Source: Octopus vulgaris (lineage: Eukaryota). From it: a DNA stretch of 62,000 bases. A program made the position numbers and the translations under genes. Below, piece after piece: positions 1-12,682 of the stretch. The first letter of the stretch is position 1. Each line of letters begins with the position of its first letter. A model generated the notes under the pieces. It searched no databases. It saw only the letters and a program-made list of their open reading frames with translations, and was not told where the DNA came from. The stretch spans positions 169,280,001 through 169,342,000 of the forward strand of contig OX597814.1 in NCBI GenBank assembly GCA_951406725.2, read 5' to 3'.

Positions 1-1627
1 TCTCTAGTAGATGAACAGGGGCACGAATTGATCGAGCTAAGTAAAATGTGTGAGGCCTTAAATGGACGGACGGCATGACATCTTTCATCACTGTCTGATG
101 GCACCTACACATGTCAAAGTAGCGCTACATCAGTTCAACTGATTAAACTGGAACATCTCATCTCGGATCAATACAAATTTCATCTGAGACCATCGATACT
201 TGAGGATCCTGAGCTGCTTCCACTGTGGCTCGTTCGCCTGATAGATCTGGAATACGCGGTGTATATACATCATCATCACATTTATCGTCCGTCCATGTCT
301 CGGTTCTATACGTATTGACTAGAGGATAGCTGAGGGACTGCACCAGCACCATGGCACTGCTGGAGCGTGTCTGCATACCAACCACGTCATAGTGTCTAGC
401 CACGAGCACATTGGTCGGCGAGACACTGAACTACAAGCAAAAAAAATCAACGGGAAGAGTCAAGGCTTGACTAGGCACTGGAAAACCACATCAAGCGCCT
501 CGTGTGCCGGACCAAGACTGTTGGTGGAAGAGAGTTGTAGTGGTCGGAGTGGCAATGGGCGAGTGGTCGCACAACATTGCGTCCATCTACTATCTTCGCC
601 TTGCGTCCCGATTATTTTCTTGTGGAAAGGATGCGTCACAAAAGCGATCCATTTGCTGTGCGTGAGCTGTTCTGTCAGACTGAGACCCATCTAGCACTGT
701 AGACGGGTGAACAGTGTGGTCGCCGTTTGTGACACCTTCCCGCAGCTCGTCTCCAGCTGCAGTCTGGATCAAAAAGAGGCCGAGGAAGGGCGAATGGCAT
801 GGCCGCGTTGTCGTAAGTGACTTCAACACAACCAAAGCATTCTATAGTTAGTGGGGAGTCGGGGCGAACCTGGACGTCGGAGGAGTACCTGACCCGCCGG
901 AGGACGACTTTCGGGCCAGGGCCCAACTCAGAGATCTGGCCTGGCAGTGCTAGAAGCGCCGAGCTCTACAGACACGGCTCGAGAAACGGGGCCGACCTGC
1001 CCGAGATGCGGTCAGAGCCGAAAGCAACGGACCGCCTGTGGGCTTATGTCGAACAACTGCTGTCACGTGTGGGACGAGTCGGTTTATCAGCTGAGTCTAT
1101 CGTCAATATTGTCACGCCTCCTTCCTTCAAACGGGAAGGAAGAGCTATTTTCATCATCCTTGTGGCTATGGCGAAAGAATGTATCTGGTGGACGCGTTCT
1201 GAAAGGATTGGAGCAAACACTTCCTCTCTGGTCAATCTCTCATCAAACTTGTACCATTTGAAAAGAAACTGAGTAGGCAAGTTCCAAATTTTAGAAAGAT
1301 GGGTGAATGTAGCAAGAATCACGTATGAATGACGAAGCCACCAGCATAGTCCTATGAACCCAGAAATCGAAAACAGAGAGTTGCTTATTTGCAAAAAAAA
1401 AAAAATCATCATAAAATGTGACTTCATTGACCGAGGTTACCGTGGTCTTTCCCCTTCTCTTCTTTTTCTTTTACATTCATACATTATATATATATATTTA
1501 TATATTTATTTTTTTTTTTTTGACCCCTTTCTTTTTTACGATCCTTAAACTCCCCTTACTTTTTTTTAATAAGCTCTACCTTGTAATTTGTTCTATCTGT
1601 GTGCAGCCCTGTGTGGCTAAAAAGAAA
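1..1627 (+). mobile_element. L1/Tx1-clade LINE 3' fragment (end of RT, CCHC region, 3' UTR), riddled with indels
   Basis: GC-rich and colinear with 53850-55716. Both copies share the AMAKECIWWTR / VVAKEVVWWTR peptide and the terminus (gcagccctgtgtggctaaaaagaa vs gtgagcccttgtggctaaaaaaagaa). A CPRCGQS zinc-knuckle start lies in ORF 947-1261. Followed by (TATC)n. Confidence 0.8.
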
Positions 1628-2372
1628 CATATCTATATATCTATCTATCTATCTATCTATAACTATCTATCTATCATATTTTGTCTCTTTATTTTGTCTC
1701 TCATTACACACCTATACACAGCCATGGTTGCTTGCTTATCTTTATCTCTCTCTATCAAGTGTTTGTATATATAAATGGTCCACCATATTGGACGGTTCTG
1801 TCTGGGATCTATGCAAATCAATCAGTTCCAGTCTGTCTACCTGTCTGCTGCTATCCCACTCTTAGTGTAGCTGCTTACCAGTTGTACATGCATCAGATGT
1901 AACACTTATATATATAATTTTTAATAAGTAATTTAAAAAACTGATAAATATATGTTTTAAAAGTGTATAATCTCAATAAAAGTTTTCAACTTTCTCTTCA
2001 GAGTAATGATGCATAATTAAAGACATATAATTTATTTGTTTCACATACTGTGTAAGCAATCATTTTGAAAAAAGCATATTAAAATATTAGTGTTAAAACA
2101 AACAGAAGGTTCTCACAGAACAAACATACACTGCATCTACCTACAACAAGTTATTAAAAATCCAAATACTATATATAACAGATTTAGTGACTTACATAAG
2201 ATCATCTCGCTGAATAAGAGATATAAAACTACAATTCATTACGTACTTGAGCAGATATTATCTTGGCAAATATACAATACTAGATTATATCTTTTATTTA
2301 TCCATTCACATTATATATGGTATGTTTATAATATATTATTTATTATAAACATATATATTTTTTCTTATACAT

Positions 2373-2609
2373 TTATATATATATATATATATTATATATA
2401 TTTACTGTGTTTGTCCCATCACTTCTGCTATGTATATAGCTAAGTATAGCGATAGAATCACACAGATATGGGACATTTATTACTAATAGTGAATATGTGT
2501 GTGGTATCATATGACTGAAAGTATAGTAGACATATATATTATTGTATATGTATATATATGTATATATATATATTTTTTTTATATATATATATATTTGTTG
2601 TTGTATATA

Positions 2610-2670
<61 letters not shown>

Positions 2671-3093
2671 AAACATATAAATAAACACACAGAGAAATAT
2701 AACATAAAAAAAGAAAAAGAGAAAAAAAAAAAAAAAAAAATAAAAAAAAAAAAGAAAAAAAAAAGAAATGAAAAAAAAAAAAATAATATAAAAATAAATA
2801 TAATAAAAGAAAAAAAAAAAGGGATAAAATAAAAATAGGAGAGGGAAGGGAGAAAGGAAATATAAGAGAAAAGAGTGGATAAATAAGAAAGAATAAGAAA
2901 GGCAAAAAAATAGAATAAATAAAAAAATAAAAAAAAAAAAAAAAAAAAAAAAGCAAAAAAAGAAGAAAAAAAGAAAAGAAAAAAAGGGTGATGAAAAAAA
3001 AAAAAAAAAAAGTAAAAAAAAAAAAAAAAAGAAAAGGAAATGACAAACAAAAAAAAAAAAAAATAAATACAAACAAAAACAAAAAAAAAAACA

Positions 3094-3128
<35 letters not shown>

Positions 3129-3379
3129 CTAAAACATAAAATAAAAATAATACATATATAAAACAAACACACACACACACACCAAAACACACATAACACA
3201 AAAAAAAAAAACAAATAACACAAAAAAAAACCAAACAACAAACACAACAACACAACAAAACAAAAAACCACAATATATAATATATAATAATAAATATAAA
3301 AATAAATAATATACATAAAAATATAAATATAATATACATATAATAATATATACACACACAACACAATAATATACACAAA

Positions 3380-3435
<56 letters not shown>

Positions 3436-3450
3436 ATATATGTATGTATG

Positions 3451-3483
<33 letters not shown>

Positions 3484-3520
3484 ATATGTATGTATGTATA
3501 TATATATATATATGTGTATG

Positions 3521-3582
<62 letters not shown>

Positions 3583-3660
3583 CACACACACACACCCCAT
3601 TCATACATAACCTTAAATATGTATTTACATATGTATATGTGAATATACTTGTGTGTGTGT
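2373..3660. repeat. Low-complexity (TA)n/(CA)n and A-run tract
   Basis: Dinucleotide arrays flank an A-rich, G-poor stretch; the long ORFs here are YI/F-repeat artefacts. Confidence 0.9.
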
Positions 3661-3954
3661 GTGTGTCTGTCTGTCACTCTGCTTGTAATGTTTCTCCAGA
3701 ACCAATATAGGTTAACTTTATTGATAATATGTAATATACAAAATATGAAAAAGGAATATATGTGTCATGTTAAAATTTTGCTCTTTTTAGATATACTTTC
3801 ATGCAGACACAAAAACACTCATCTATATACACATAGATACATGTGCACTCACATGCGTGTCTGCTCATATGCATGTGTATATTCCAATTATATTCCAAGT
3901 ATATATGTGTAGAGAAACATATAACTGTTATGTGTATGTGTGAATATCTGTATG

Positions 3955-4006
<52 letters not shown>

Positions 4007-4027
4007 GTGTGTATGTATGTATGTATG

Positions 4028-4058
<31 letters not shown>

Positions 4059-4079
4059 GTATATATATATATATATAAT

Positions 4080-4432
4080 AAATAGATGAGTGTATTTTTA
4101 CCTTGTTAACAATTAACATGAAAAAAAAAAAAAAAATAGTTACCAGGGCAGCAAAAATCTCACAAGTAAAGGTGTTGTAACTCCTTGTTTATAAAGGTAG
4201 AAACTTCGTGTTTACGTTGAATATTAATAGCGTTCTGTCAATCGCTATACAAATCCATCATTTTTTGCTAAAGTGTCTTATTCACGAGTTTCGTTTTTTT
4301 CACTTTCCTGAGGAGAAGATTGCATTGTTTATACCATTTATTCTTTTGAATAGTATCAGTGGAATTTCGAAACATATGTCGAAAGTAAAAATATTTGATT
4401 ACACCTGCGTTAAATTCCATTTATTTATTCAT
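4080..4432 (+). mobile_element. Short (TA)n-embedded element carrying a hammerhead ribozyme; probable Penelope-like terminal fragment
   Basis: Non-microsatellite block between two (TA)n arrays, containing the motif at 4302-4386. Confidence 0.6.
4302..4386 (+). ncRNA. Type I hammerhead ribozyme with intact core
   Basis: Stem I actttc(4302-07)/gaaagt(4381-86); CTGAGGA 4308-14; long imperfect stem II 4315-68 closed by G-C; GAAA 4369-72; palindromic stem III ACATATGT; GUC cleavage triplet ending at 4380. Confidence 0.8.
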
Positions 4433-4491
4433 ATATATATATATATATATTTAGCTGCACTTTTACAATGACTTATATTCATGTGTTATTA

Positions 4492-4910
4492 CTCTTTTAC
4501 TCTTACTTGCTTCAGTCATTTGACTGTGGCCATACTGGAGCACTGCCTTTAGTCAAGCAAATCGACCCCAAGACTTATTCTTTGTATGTCTAGTACTTAT
4601 TCTATTGGTCTCTTTTGCCGAACCACTAAGTTACAGGGACATAAACACACAAATATTGGTGGTCAAGCGATGTTGAGGGGACAAACACAGACACACAAAC
4701 ATATACACACATATACATACATATACATATATATATATATATACATATATACAACGAGCTTCTTTCAGTTTCCGTCTTCCAAATCTACTCACAAGACTTT
4801 GGTCAGCCTGAGGCTATAGTGACACTTGCCCAAGGTGCCACGCAGGGGGACTGAACCCAGAACCATGTGGTTCGTAGCAAGCTACTAATCACACAGCCAC
4901 TCCTACACCC
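4492..4910 (-). mobile_element. tRNA-derived SINE family A (central microsatellite, gagtaaaa-type tail)
   Basis: Matches the copies at 17483-18006, 18797-19220, 33490-33900 and 52550-52950. Confidence 0.85.
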
Positions 4911-5519
4911 ATATTCTTTATATTTTGTATTTTGTATTGCAATTAGTAAATAATGGCTCCATTGATCACAGGTTTCCAAAATGTCAATCACTGGTCAATG
5001 GTTCATTGCATTTCTGATGAAGAGAATGGCGCAGTAATATCTGTGTAACTAGGGGCAGAGTAAATATCACAAGGGACTGCATTAGAAATACATTCTTTTT
5101 CCATGTCTTTTGCTAATGCCTACTTACATCTGTAACTGATAAACTGATAGACATTGAAAAATGCATACAGAAAGGACAGGCATACATATTAGGTCTGACT
5201 GTGTCATTGAGAAGTATATATATATGTGTGTGTGTATGTATGTATGTATGTATGTATGTATATATATAAATATACACATACATACATACACACAAACATG
5301 CATACATACATACATACATACATATATATATATAAATAATATATAAATATATGCATATATACATACACATATGTACATACCTACATATATATGTATATAT
5401 ACATGCATATATGGGTACAGGATATCAAAAAAGCTTTGAACGCAATGAGAAACAAAAACATAAAAACCAACTCTTTTTTGAACAATGAAAAAAACAAACT
5501 GGGAAACAAGACATGCAAC

Positions 5520-6290
5520 ATAAAAGAATATTTTCCTGCTTCAGTTGTCCCTGTTTCATCTACTCCACGTTTCGAAGGCAAGGACAATACGCAACTTCGT
5601 TGAAACAGTCCTTCCCACAAAACAAATTAAATTAAATTTGGGATTTGTTGCAGAGGATGAAAGTGCTAACAAGAACAGGACAGTGAGAAAAAATCTCAAA
5701 TTTTCCAGCCTTTTTTGTATGATGTGGTGAATGCACTATTTGCCTTGTCTAATTTATTGTTGACTTTTTTTCTCAATTTTGGCATCTGATGAGGAGGCGT
5801 ACCCTAGGTAGGTGAACTGTTTGACTCTCTTTAGTCCATTCTTCCTGATGTTGATGTGAGGTGGGTAATATTCTTGCTGTGGTGTGGGTTGATGGAGGAT
5901 TTTTGTTTTCTTTAAACTAACTTCTAGGCCAAAGTGCCTGGCAAAGCAAGAAGTAATGCATTGCAGGCCTATCTCTGTGTGGGAAATAAGGGCAGCAGTA
6001 TTGGCTATTTGCAACATCAGTGACTGAAAAGTCACTGTTATTCTATATATATATCATTGGTAGTGACATTTGGCTGGTATGTGGCAAGCAGATCCCTGCC
6101 ACTGAGGAAGTGCAGTATGCTAAAATCACATGATCATACAGTTCTGGCACTCATACCAGATGATTCTCATCAGTTAACATAATATGTCTGTGCTCTTAGC
6201 ACCATACATCCATATGAGATCTCTCAAGGTGAGTGCTACAGTAGTTGGTATTCTAATAATACATCTTCATTAAATAGGAGATAAAAATTG
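5520..6290 (-). mobile_element. RTE/BovB-type LINE reverse-transcriptase fragment
   Basis: ORF 5754-6035 reads HFGLEVSLKKTKIL...KQFTYLG...SSDAKIEK, typical of the RTE RT C-terminal half. Confidence 0.85.
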
Positions 6291-7929
6291 CCACATGCAC
6301 ACACACACACACGCACACACATGATAGGATATTTTTAGTTTCCTTCTACCAAATCTACTCATAAAGCTTTAGTTGGACCAAGGCTATAGTAAAAGACATT
6401 TGTCGAAGGTGCTGCCATGCAGTGAATCTGAACCTGAAACCACAATGTCTTGAGGTGAGTTTCTTAACCACACAGTCATGCTTGCGCCTTGTAAAATCTG
6501 AAAGGAATTAACTAAAGCACTGAAATATCAGATGATACAGAAATTCTACAAATCCAAAACACACTACACACTCATCCTTATGAAAATAAGAAGGGGGAAA
6601 AAAAAAACTAAATAAATAAAACAAATAGGTACACACACACACACACTCACACACATTCACATACACCAAGCCAAATTGCCCTGTAAAACCAAACAAAAAA
6701 AAAAAAAAAGAAAAAATGTTCTTCAATAGCCAAATAGTTTCTATTGATATCCAGACACACAGTAATGAATTCTATTGATTGATCTTTTGACTGTCTTTAT
6801 AACTATCAATCATTGTATTGTATTTGATATTATCCAAATAGATACTGCCGCTCGTGGTTTTGTTTGCAATTGGTTTCATTTCTTTTCAATGTTTTCATTC
6901 TTTTTCTTTAAACCCTTTTAATACCAACCTGCCTGGTTCTTTAATAAAACCTTCTTGTTCTAAAGTAATCTAAATTAAAGCCTTTTATTGAAATTTCATG
7001 TCAATTATGTCTCAAACATCAGCTTAATTATGACTAAGTTATTTTATGAAATTCTTTATTATCGAAATTTGTTTAAAGAAATAAAATATATTACTACATG
7101 AATTTTGCAACAAAAGTGTGAAAGAATGATCTAGAATCAGATGATCCTTGCTGCTCAAATGCAGTGTGACTCAAGATAGGTAGACTTTCTAAGCTTTCTA
7201 CTATAGGTTTTTGCAGTCGTTTTCATACGTTTGTCATTCAATTTGATAATCGGGTCATTCAAAGTTGCGAAAAAATTATCGGAGAGTAAAAGAGTAAAAG
7301 AGTAAAAAAAAGCCATGAAGTTAGACATTCAAATTAATTTTTCGATCATTCAATTTCGCACTTTGGTCATATAATTTAGCATTTACATCATTCAAATTAA
7401 AATGCCCACCGGGAACATTCAAATTAGTCAGAATGTAAGGAAGTATCTTCTTGAGCCTTCAAATTCATTTTGGAACAATCTATTTAACACTTCAAGCAAT
7501 CAAATTAGCATGATAGCCATTTTGGCTTTATCTCATAATCATTGTTATCATAATCATGTGTTTTCATCTACTATTTATGCTTTAAGCTCATATCTTTTCT
7601 ACATATTCTTTTATTTTTGCATAAGTACATGTATTTATAGTTAAGGACTTCATGAAATCACATTCAAGCCTTTACAATTTTTTAAAGAAACTCACAATTA
7701 CAACAAATGCTCATTTTCTTTGGTTTTGAATACATTGTGTTGTGAAATGTGTTCTTCCTTTGCATAATATGTCTTGCTGGGAAAAGTATATATTTCTTTG
7801 ATTTTGCATTCTTTCTTTCATTGTGGAAAGGGTGCTATGCACACTAAAATAATGATTGATATACATTTTTGATAAGGAGAGTTTGAGAGAATTTAGCCAT
7901 CTATTTTCTGGTGGTTGAGGCATCTCAGG

Positions 7930-8640
7930 AGTTAGGTCTGGGTGTCTCTATACCAACAAACACGATTTTCTGGAGTGATAGCGTTGATGTTACACCTTGC
8001 AACCTGTTGTACGACATGTGCTTGCCATTCTTCCATGGTCTAGTCAGCTTCTTCTGGAGCTGCCCAGTTACCAACCTTTTGCTGCAACTCAGCTTGAGTG
8101 AGGTCCCATTTCATGGCCGCCTTAAAGGCAGAATGTGCCATTTCCTTACTATTAAGAAACAGCAAGTAGGGAGGAAAGAGTTTCAGACTGAGCCATGTGT
8201 TGGCATCAGCTGGGAGCTCGGCACAAATGTGAGAACATGTTGGCACATGCTCAAACTGTTTCTGCCAAGAACTCCTCGAAAGAATTTCATGTAATTGTAT
8301 TGTTCACAATGGAGTGGTGAACCAGGCAAATTGGAGACTGGTGCAGCCATCTGGTTCGCCAGTTCTCAGTCAAATCGTCCAACCCATGCTAACATGGAAA
8401 GCGGACGTTAAACGATGATGATGATGATGATGATGATGATGATCTCGTCTTCTTCACATGAAAAGATGCCTCATTATGATGGTCCATGGCATCATAACAA
8501 ACACGAGACTGACCTGCTAGAAACACCAGCAAAACCTCCTTCAATCATCTTAGTAAAAGAAAGCATTGTACAGTTGTTCTCGATACACAAACAGACGAGG
8601 TGGTCACTGCTGGACATCTATGATCACATAGGTCTGTTCA
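7930..8640 (-). pseudogene. Decayed IS630/Tc1-like (DDE_3-type) transposase fragment, split by an RTE 3' end
   Basis: FPPYLLFLNSKEMAHSAFKAAMKWDL resembles the LPPYSPxLNPIE..S.FK motif; stops and frameshifts present; RTE insert at about 8320-8443. Confidence 0.45.
8320..8443 (+). mobile_element. RTE LINE 3' end with (GAT)n tail
   Basis: catggaaagcggacgttaaac(gat)n terminus, shared with many copies in the window. Confidence 0.8.
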
Positions 8641-9354
8641 TTTAAAATTTACTAGGGGGCTAAATAACCATGACAATAACAAAAATGATGACAATGATAG
8701 CCGCAACATCAGCAACAACAACAAGCACAGTGAGAAATTCCTTGCTGTAGAACATCCAGTAAACACTGAAATAAACTAGAGAACCTCCTGCTGCTTAGTT
8801 TATTCAATGTGTTGAAATGCCAAACCAATTTGCTATTCATTAACTTGCACTAGCTCCAAAGAACAATCCTACCAATTTAGAATTTCATGGATACAGGCTG
8901 GATTACAGTTTCTTGTATTTTCGGTATGTAATTATGTAGCTCTACCTCATCTGTTGCTATCAAATATATATAAATATATCTAAAAAAAAAAGGTAAAGAA
9001 AAACCAGAGGCCGTCACTGTATTTTATCAAATTTGTTTCTTAAGACTGATTAAATGTTTACTCTGGAACTTTGGAAAAAAATAATTTTGCAAAAAAAAAA
9101 AAAATTAGAAAAAATAAATTAGACTCTGGAGGATGAGGATAATGATATTGTGGATGAAGTGAGAGATGAGGGAAGCTCCTGTGACCTTTGCATCTTCCTA
9201 CCAAACTGTTGAAGTCAATGTGGTTGATGTTCGGAGTGAACTTCTGAAGATCATCATCATCATCATCATCACCACCATCAACACCATTACCACCACCACC
9301 ACCACCACCACCACCACCACCACCACCACCACAAAAACCACCACCACCACAAAA

Positions 9355-9385
<31 letters not shown>

Positions 9386-9558
9386 TCGTTTTTAATGTTC
9401 ATTTTTCCGAGCTTGCATAGGTCGGATGCAATTTGTTGAGATTGATCTATGGTTGGATGCCCTTCCTGTCACAAACCTTCGTCTGCATATGTATATGAAT
9501 ATGTATATATATATGTATATATATGTGTATATATGTATACATATGTGTATATATATAT

Positions 9559-9587
9559 AAGCTGGCAACTTGGTCTGTCCACCACAG

Positions 9588-9624
<37 letters not shown>

Positions 9625-9632
9625 TATATACA

Positions 9633-9663
<31 letters not shown>

Positions 9664-9679
9664 GTATGTATTATATACA

Positions 9680-9710
<31 letters not shown>

Positions 9711-9736
9711 GTATATATACAAACATACATACATAT

Positions 9737-9788
<52 letters not shown>

Positions 9789-9816
9789 TGTGGTGGACAG
9801 ACCAAGTTGCCAGCTT
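9559..9816. repeat. Perfect 30-bp inverted repeat flanking a (TA)n-rich spacer
   Basis: aagctggcaacttggtctgtccaccacagt (9559-88) is the reverse complement of 9787-9816. Confidence 0.95.
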
Positions 9817-10087
9817 GCCTGATAGCAAGTGGGCCTCTGCATCATTAGAATCCATATATGGGGGCCCATGTTAGTATCAAGTTTGAGAATTTTTTACTCA
9901 CTCCTGGAAGAATACATTAATTATTTCAGCCTGGCTGTGTTTGTAGACAGTTGAAAAGATTATTTTTAACAAAAAAAAAAAAATTAAATTATAGCATTGT
10001 AGTTGCGGGTGGGTCCCCTTAGTCTCCTGGCAACCAATGTTTTTAGACCTAGTCCGCCACTGTATACATAAGTGTGTGTATATACGA

Positions 10088-10139
<52 letters not shown>

Positions 10140-10561
10140 ATAGATATATATAGGTATATAGATATATAGATATATATATACACACACATATATATATACC
10201 ATACAGGGGAACCATCTCAAAAGGTTTTATTTTTTTTAAAGCCTGGTACTCATTTTGTTGGTCTCTTTTGTGGAACTGTTATGCTATGTGGACATAAACA
10301 AACTAACACCAGTTGTTAAGCTATGGTAAGGGACAAACACAAAGTCACATATCATCATCATCATCATCATCATCATCGTTTAACGTCCGTTTTCCGCGCT
10401 AGCACGGGTTGGACGGTTCGACCGGGGTCTGGGAAGCCAGGGGCCGCTCCAGGCTCCAGTCTGATTCTGGCAGAGTTTCTACGGCTGGATGCCCTTCCTA
10501 ACGCCAACCACTCCGTGAGTGGATTGGGTGCTTTTTACATATATATATATATATATATATA

Positions 10562-10742
10562 GTTAATCCAAACAAGAAAGCACAAAAAAACACAACAATG
10601 CGAGGACGTGGAACAAATATAGTATTATTGGACACTCAGGAAAGAAGGAGGATTTAACGTTTCGAGCGGAGCTCTTCGTCGGAAACATAGGAGAAGGGAA
10701 GACAGATGAAAAAAAATCGCCAACGGTACACACGCGGTCACA
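10562..10742 (-). mobile_element. (TA)n-flanked short element with a degenerate hammerhead motif
   Basis: Minus strand reads gttt-CCGACGA-A-GAGC-tcc-GCTC-GAAA-CG-TT-aaat (10652-10687). Confidence 0.55.
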
Positions 10743-10933
10743 TTTATATATATATTTATCTATGTATGTAGATGTCTATATATGTGTATGCTAGTGTAAA
10801 TTTTAATACTATGTATTGTTTTGGTGTTATCATGAGGTATACAGTATGTAAAATATTAACGATCTTCTGAGTTACTTTATTTCCCCCGAGGTATCAATCT
10901 ATATAAACCAGTGAAGATCAGCCAGAGACTTAC

Positions 10934-10978
10934 ATCGCTACATAGTCAACTTCAATATATTCTAGTCTGGTGAAGATT
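10934..10978 (-). CDS. Candidate 45-nt internal exon (IFTRLEYIEVDYVA)
   Basis: ttgcattcag acceptor, GAT|GTAAGT donor, length divisible by 3, one open frame; no homology recognised. Confidence 0.2.
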
Positions 10979-11253
10979 CTGAATGCAAATTCTGGCTAGG
11001 TGGAGTGATTGAGAGAGCTTTTAAAGTTGAGTTGTTTTATCTCTACCTGATAAAGAATAATATTTGAGCCGTCAAATTTATAAGTTTCAAGGATGGTTTT
11101 TCCCTTTAAGATATTAAAATGCCGCCAGAAATACAATAAAAGTTGTCTGCAAATATCTTTAGTACAATTTCATCATAATTTGACTAAGAATATGCTTGTG
11201 TATTGTGCTGTTATTTTTAATGTTATGGTGACCAGCCTGTGGTGGTATAGGTA

Positions 11254-11298
11254 TTCAAACTATTTTGGTATTCTATTAGAATACCAAAATAGTTTGAA
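11254..11298. repeat. Perfect palindrome, 22-bp arms with a 1-nt centre
   Basis: ttcaaactattttggtattcta-t-tagaataccaaaatagtttgaa. Confidence 0.95.
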
Positions 11299-12682
11299 CA
11301 CTACATTTCTCTAGAATTTATTAAAGCTGTTGCTATACCAAAGTCTAAGTATTTTAGTTCAATATTATTTCATTCTTGGCAATATCACATTAATTCCTCC
11401 TGCACCATATCTTGACTTTAACTGTTGTTAGGCTGTTATGAGGTACACATACTTTTGCTGGGCCAGAAAGGTGAGAAAATATTGTGAAAAGGCATTTGGT
11501 ATAGATCTCTCAATTTATCCATTTCTTACTTGTTTCAGTCAGACTGCAGCCATGCTGGGGCAACACCTTGAAGGATTTAGTCAAATAAACTGACACCAAG
11601 TACTTTTTGTTTCTCAAGTTTGGCACTTTTTGCCAAACTGCTGGGTTATGAGAACACAAACAAAGCAACACTGGTTGCCAAGTGGTGGTGGGGACAATCA
11701 TAAACACACATATTCACATGTGCACACACATATCATCATCATCATTACCACCACCACCACTACCACTACCACAACCACCAAAACCACCACCACAACCACA
11801 ACGACGACGACGACGACCACCACCACCACCACCACCATCACCACCATCATCATCATCATCATCATCATTTAACATCTGCTCTCCACATGTTGAGCTTCTT
11901 TCAATTTCTATCTACTAAATCCACTCACAGGCTTTGGTCAGCCCAAGGCTCTAGTAGAAGGTACTTGCCCAAGGTACCACACAATGGGACTGAATCCAGA
12001 ACCATGTGACTGGGAAGCAAACTTCTAATCACATAGCCACACCTGCACCTGTTTTCCTAATGTATCTTAAACAAGACATATTCACTGGCTATGGCCAAGC
12101 TGAAATACCACCTTCAAGGATATATTTACCAATTATACTCACTGTTCTCCCTCCCAATTCTTGTTGTATCAACTGGGACTTATTTTATCCACTTGAGAAA
12201 GATGATTTATCAGTTTGGGTCTGCATGGGATTTGAACTCAGAACATAAATGTTGTAACTAAAACCCTCGAAGTATTTAATTCTATAAATTATCGATTCTG
12301 CTATCTGTCTACCTTAATTAAATCTTTTTTTCATATTAAATAATAAGTAAATGCGCCCTTTTAAAGCCTAGTCAGGCTCATGGGCCCGGTTTCCTGGTTT
12401 CTATGGCGTATGTGTTCCTCAGCTGGATGGGACGCCATAACCACTAAGCCACGCACCTCCACTTTTCTTTTTACATATTACTGTTTCTTTTCCTTTTAAT
12501 TACCATCTACCTGTGCACCTATAAAATATAATGTAGACATCAAATATTTTCATATTATGACAGGCTATAGAGACAAGCACAAAATGTGTGTTCAGATGAG
12601 TATAACCTTCTGATGAGAAAAACAAAAATGTACTGATAGGAAATTAGATTACATGGAATATATTTTCTTCGTTTTCTCCAAG

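Noticed and set aside
2373-3710. Long ORFs of 241-353 aa
   Set aside because: Translations of (TA)n/(CA)n and A-runs (YI, F, K repeats); not genes.
9120-9250. Acidic reading LEDEDNDIVDEVRDEG, reminiscent of a piggyBac N-terminus
   Set aside because: Too short, frameshifted, and no TTAA or TIR support.
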